From: Promethearchaeota archaeon
Lineage (GTDB): Archaea > Asgardarchaeota > Thorarchaeia > Thorarchaeales > Thorarchaeaceae
DNA length: 31,564 nt
Direction: 5' to 3'
Assembly (NCBI GenBank): GCA_014728035.1
Contig: WJMJ01000056.1
Span: 1 to 31,564, forward strand
Part shown: positions 27,867-31,564 of the stretch, piece by piece
How positions within the stretch are numbered: position 1 is the first letter of the stretch
How the letters are laid out: the number at the start of each line of letters is the position of its first letter
The notes under the pieces: generated by a model
The model's database searches: none
Seen by the model: the letters and a program-made list of their open reading frames with translations, nothing else
What the model was told of the DNA's origin: nothing
Translations under genes and position numbers: made by a program

Positions 27867-29159
27867 TTAATCAGACTCTGGAGTCATATCACCAGGTGCC
27901 TGCTCTTCTTCAGATTGGTCCTCATCATTGGTATCTTCTGATTCTTCTGGTACCTGGCTATCCGATTCGGGTGTATCAGCTGTGACTTCAGGTTGTATAA
28001 CGGTTTCATCCATCTTTTCTGGCTCAGCTATCGATTCTGAATCTGAAATTTCTGGAGGTCTTTCTTCCGGTGGTTTTCCAAGTCGTCTCAAATAGAATAA
28101 TTCCATTATCAGTGCGATTAATGGAAAAATAAAGAGCTTAACCAAATCTCCAGTGGATTCAGCTAGGACTTGAAAATCAGGGGTGACTAAAATGGGAAAC
28201 ATAAGGTCTGCAAAGTAATACCCGATAGCCATGAAGAATGTCAAACCAGCGGCGGTTTCACCTGATATTTTCAATCGGGTTTCTAGATTTTCTCTACTTG
28301 CTAATGTTCTCCCCACTGAACTCATCGTATATATTACAAAAAAGATTGACATAGCGATGCCTATGAAATCCCAAGGCGAACCAGTGGCTTTTCCTGCATT
28401 ATAGATGAAATATGCAGAGTATAGTGATACAAATATTCCAACAAGAGCTATGTTATCCAAAGTAGTCTTGTTTCTGTGTCTTGCCATCATCAATCCGTTA
28501 ACAAAATTGAATCCAGCTGCTGCTAAAGCTCCAAGAATTAACAGACCAAGTCGTGGTGCATTTCCTGCAATTGTGAAGTTCAATAGATCCGGATTTAGCA
28601 AAACTATGGTGAATATCAGCGAACCAATAATAACCGCATAACAGAAGATGTTACTAATCCCAACAATGATTTTCATCAATCTACTTGTTGCTGTTGTATC
28701 TGCTAGATCTGCATATTTGAGAGCATTTCTTGTAGAGAGATACGCCTGAAACGCTATCCAGCCAAAGAATGCAACACCAAATATTATTGCAAGAAATACA
28801 GGCAGTGCAAATAAGATGAACATCACAAGAATGACGCTGCTTACAACTATCCAAGGAATCAAGTACAAGAGTGATTGCTTATAGGATTCTTCACTAGCCA
28901 CAAATCTTTGAAATCCTAAAATTGACAAAAGTGCAACTAGTAAGAAGAATACAGGCCATATCCCCCCTCCTAGTGCGGTGATAAATATTGCTGCACCCTG
29001 CAAACTTGGGTTCGTTTCTATTATTATCCTTCCAATAGCGGTCAGTGCAGAGATGGATACTAGAGATATAATAAATATGATAGTTAACCATCTGAGTCTT
29101 TTAGACCTCCAAAATAGTTTAAGTCCTTCAATAAAACCTGATATTACTGGTATTTCCAA
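27867..29159 (-). CDS. Uncharacterised polytopic membrane protein (about 10-11 TM) with an acidic disordered C-tail
   Basis: Hydrophobic segments across ~355 aa, then ~70 aa rich in E/D/P/S; GGAGG upstream of the TTG start. Confidence 0.75.
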   Translation of the reverse strand: MEIPVISGFIEGLKLFWRSKRLRWLTIIFIISLVSISALTAIGRIIIETNPSLQGAAIFITALGGGIWPVFFLLVALLSILGFQRFVASEESYKQSLLYLIPWIVVSSVILVMFILFALPVFLAIIFGVAFFGWIAFQAYLSTRNALKYADLADTTATSRLMKIIVGISNIFCYAVIIGSLIFTIVLLNPDLLNFTIAGNAPRLGLLILGALAAAGFNFVNGLMMARHRNKTTLDNIALVGIFVSLYSAYFIYNAGKATGSPWDFIGIAMSIFFVIYTMSSVGRTLASRENLETRLKISGETAAGLTFFMAIGYYFADLMFPILVTPDFQVLAESTGDLVKLFIFPLIALIMELFYLRRLGKPPEERPPEISDSESIAEPEKMDETVIQPEVTADTPESDSQVPEESEDTNDEDQSEEEQAPGDMTPESD

Positions 29160-29210
29160 ATCATTTGCCTCCTAAACTGCAAATTATCATGAATGTCTAT
29201 GTTCATCCAG

Positions 29211-29678
29211 CTATTTATCCTTGAGGTGATAAAGAATTTCTTCTTCAAGAGTTGGTTTCTTTGATGGTTTTTCAATAATCGTCCCCAGTCTATTTCCCTC
29301 TCTATCGAATATTTCTATCCATGGAATTGCCTTGACTTTCCATTTGTTCATCTCAGGGGGCGAAGGTGGAACTGCCCATTGCACATCTGGATCAAGTGGT
29401 GCTGTTTTTACCTTTCCAAATGATCTGACCTCTAAACCAATTTCCTCTTCAAGTCTAAGTAGAACTGGAATAGCATTAACACAATCTCCGCACCAAGATG
29501 CACTTATCACAACAACTGTTATGTCTGGTGCAAACTCTTCAAGTTCGCTTAACACTTCTTGATTAACTTGATATTCATTATAGACTGAGAGAAATTTGTC
29601 TTGACCTTTTCCTTTCATGCCTTCTATATATTCTCGTACAGTCGTAGTCCTTGAACGGATATCTTCAAGATTCACCAT
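29211..29678 (-). CDS. Thioredoxin-family protein (WCGDC type)
   Basis: VVISASWCGDC active site and cis-Pro motif KAIPWIEIFD. Probable start MVNLED at 29678. Confidence 0.88.
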   Translation of the reverse strand: MVNLEDIRSRTTTVREYIEGMKGKGQDKFLSVYNEYQVNQEVLSELEEFAPDITVVVISASWCGDCVNAIPVLLRLEEEIGLEVRSFGKVKTAPLDPDVQWAVPPSPPEMNKWKVKAIPWIEIFDREGNRLGTIIEKPSKKPTLEEEILYHLKDK

Positions 29679-29791
29679 TTTAATCAATCTTTGATGCTGA
29701 TTTGAAGATAAAATCCTTCGCATAGATAACTCAGGATACCGTAGAGATAACTCTATTATATAAAACATTGACACTTTTGTTTGTGAGCGGA

Positions 29792-30337
29792 ATGTCAGTT
29801 GATATTTACAAGTCAATGCTAGTTGGTTCTCCTAATGTGGGGAAATCCTCTATCCTTCGTCGGTTTAAATTTGATGAATTTTCTGAATCCTACCATTCCA
29901 CAATTGGTGTTGACATGTCAGCTTCAGCTTTTGAATTTCCAAGTGGAAAAATCGTTCTGACAATAATCGATGTTGGGGGTCAACCTGCTTTTACCGATGT
30001 ACAAAACGCGTTTTTTGAGGGAACTCATCATATAATATTCATTTACGATGTCACAAAAGAATCAACATTTAAACGAATTCCATCACTTTATGAGTTACTT
30101 TCTCGAAAAGTAAATGGAGAAGCATCCTTTCTTAATGGATCTTTAGTTGCAAATAAGATTGATTTAGAATCTGAAAGAGTTGTGACTCAAAAAGATGGGA
30201 GACATACTGCAAATATTCTTAGTTTGAAGTATTTTGAGGTGAGTGCTAAAACTGGTGAAGGTATCAGTGAGGTCTTCACGCATGCAGCAGAAGAATGTAG
30301 AAAAAGTGATCATCCTTCTGTCGAAGGGATTCTATAG
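29792..30337 (+). CDS. Rab-like small GTPase 1 (Ras superfamily)
   Basis: G1 GSPNVGKS, G2 STIGVD, G3 DVGGQ, G4 NKID, G5 SAK; also IYDVT and YFEVSAKTG. Confidence 0.95.
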   Translation: MSVDIYKSMLVGSPNVGKSSILRRFKFDEFSESYHSTIGVDMSASAFEFPSGKIVLTIIDVGGQPAFTDVQNAFFEGTHHIIFIYDVTKESTFKRIPSLYELLSRKVNGEASFLNGSLVANKIDLESERVVTQKDGRHTANILSLKYFEVSAKTGEGISEVFTHAAEECRKSDHPSVEGIL

Positions 30338-30418
30338 ATTGTTGTTTGATATATTACCGAATATATTATATGCAAAAATGTTATATTTTATTTGGGACCA
30401 GCAGACGGGTGCAAAGCA

Positions 30419-30979
30419 GTGACTCGTGTATATAGAACTCTGATTGTAGGACCGAGAAACGTCGGCAAGACTTCTCTGGTAAAACGATATTTGTATGATA
30501 GTTTTGAAGAATCATATACTGCAACAGTTGGAGTTGATATGAGTGTCTATGATTTGCAATTCCCTGATGGACGGGTTGTCGTTACTGTTCTTGATTTAGC
30601 AGGAGCTCAGACCTTTCAATCATTAAAGAATCGATTCTATTGGGACACCCATCATATCATAGCTGTTTATGACATAACTGATAAGTCCACTTTTGAAACC
30701 ATTCCAAATTGGTACAATACAATATCAGAGGGGCTCTGTATTCCGGGTTCTTTAGCTCTATCTGGTTGTCTTGTTGCAAACAAAGTCGATAGCAGAATGG
30801 ATAATCAAGTAGATCCAATGGAAGCAAAACTACTTGCAAGTTTACTCAGTTGGGAATACTATGAAACTAGTGCCAAGTCAGGTAAGAATGTCAGTGAGTT
30901 GTTCGTTCATGCAGCAATTTCATGTAGAACTAATCCGCCTCGGAGTACATATATCGATACAATGGAAATGGCTCCATAA
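30419..30979 (+). CDS. Rab-like small GTPase 2 (Ras superfamily)
   Basis: G1 GPRNVGKT, G2 ATVGVD, G3 DLAGA, G4 NKVD, G5 SAK. Start is GTG 30419 or TTG 30392. Confidence 0.93.
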   Translation: MTRVYRTLIVGPRNVGKTSLVKRYLYDSFEESYTATVGVDMSVYDLQFPDGRVVVTVLDLAGAQTFQSLKNRFYWDTHHIIAVYDITDKSTFETIPNWYNTISEGLCIPGSLALSGCLVANKVDSRMDNQVDPMEAKLLASLLSWEYYETSAKSGKNVSELFVHAAISCRTNPPRSTYIDTMEMAP

Positions 30980-30997
30980 CCTTATGTTTTGTTCATG

Positions 30998-31384
30998 TTA
31001 CACCTTCGGTTGCTCGAATGGTCTTTCTCCACATTCTGGAAATAATAGTAACAATTCCTTTCCTCTTTTCTTGGATTTGAAAGCGTCACGACTTTTTCCT
31101 TTTCTCTCTTGAACTAACGCTAGACCATACCATGCATCCGGATAAATATTCAATCGTCTAATGGATAATTCGTAGTAGTTCTGGGCTTTGTTTAATTCTC
31201 TTCTCATGAGATATATATCCGCTAAGTAAATTGGAGTGATGGCATCCCTTTCGTCTCCATAGACCTCAAAAGCTTCAAGTAGTATTTTCTCTGCTTTCTC
31301 TAAGTCTTCGGTCTCCACTGCTTCTCCACTTTTCGCCCAAAGATCGATTAGAAGTCTGTCTCTTTTTGTATCAGTATCGCTCAT
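30998..31384 (-). CDS. Tetratricopeptide-repeat protein (about 3 TPRs)
   Basis: YLADIYLMRRELNKAQNYYELSIRR and PDAWYGLALVQERKGKSRDA fit the TPR consensus. Confidence 0.85.
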   Translation of the reverse strand: MSDTDTKRDRLLIDLWAKSGEAVETEDLEKAEKILLEAFEVYGDERDAITPIYLADIYLMRRELNKAQNYYELSIRRLNIYPDAWYGLALVQERKGKSRDAFKSKKRGKELLLLFPECGERPFEQPKV

Positions 31385-31396
31385 TTTCTGATGGTT

Positions 31397-31523
31397 TCTC
31401 ACGTCTATCGACCTGTGAGAGGAATACCGTTCATTTTTAGTTGGACAAACTTAGACACCCGAGCTTTGTCCGTCCAGAAACGGTACTGGAACTGGCTCGG
31501 TCCTGGTCAGGGATCCTGTGTCT
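31397..31523. ncRNA. Candidate structured RNA or 5' leader upstream of the TPR gene
   Basis: Nested stems AGACAC/GTGTCT, CCGAGC/GCTCGG, TCCAG/CTGGA, TCCTG/CAG(G)GA; a crossing 7-bp GGACAAA/TTTGTCC; a separate hairpin at 31397-31420; TTTATAT TATA-like box on the minus strand at 31554-31560. Confidence 0.4.
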
Positions 31524-31564
31524 GTAGACCAAATCTCTATTCCAGATCACTCCATATAAACTCC

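Noticed and set aside
4719-29816. Long N-terminal extensions and apparent gene overlaps (starts at 4838, 8320, 9906, 14279, 17468, 19099, 29768, 29816)
   Set aside because: Downstream starts match domain boundaries, sometimes with an RBS, and remove the overlaps.
265-31112. Short alternative-frame and antisense ORFs in the track (e.g. 745-1089, 3559-3747, 4399-4776, 14417-14755, 23085-23738, 24902-25102)
   Set aside because: They overlap well-supported genes, the pseudogene, the rubredoxin or the RNA candidate and have no motifs.
31436-31564. 3' end of a minus-strand CDS entering from the window edge
   Set aside because: One frame is open for about 40 codons but has no recognisable motif; not called, although it cannot be excluded.
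1-31564. CRISPR arrays, tRNA/rRNA, transposases, integrases, phage or defence genes
   Set aside because: No spaced direct repeats, cloverleaf/T-loop motifs or relevant catalytic motifs were seen.

Overview
Gene-dense, AT-rich prokaryotic window that reads as Asgard archaeal, possibly Thorarchaeia. That assignment is an inference from two tandem Rab-like GTPases, a 7TM protein ending in a longin-like domain, a surface protein with a TRAP-beta/DUF11-like domain, HDxxNxLQ-type kinases and GGTGA/GGAGG ribosome-binding sites. About 26 intact or edge-truncated CDSs cover amino-acid and ureido-compound metabolism, redox proteins, transport, signalling, a class I GAPDH and a tandem DUF4139 pair. A partial flavodiiron protein and a rubredoxin were both missed by the ORF track. 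There is one decayed MFS pseudogene. No rRNA, tRNA, CRISPR array or transposase is visible. The strongest unexplained signals are two GC-enriched multi-stem non-coding regions (about 3474-3621 and 31397-31523), two permease-less OppD-like ATPases sharing an insertion (one catalytically degenerate), the 7TM-longin/Rab-like signalling parts, and repeated hairpin + U-tract 3' ends. All calls come from reading motifs by eye; no database searches were run.
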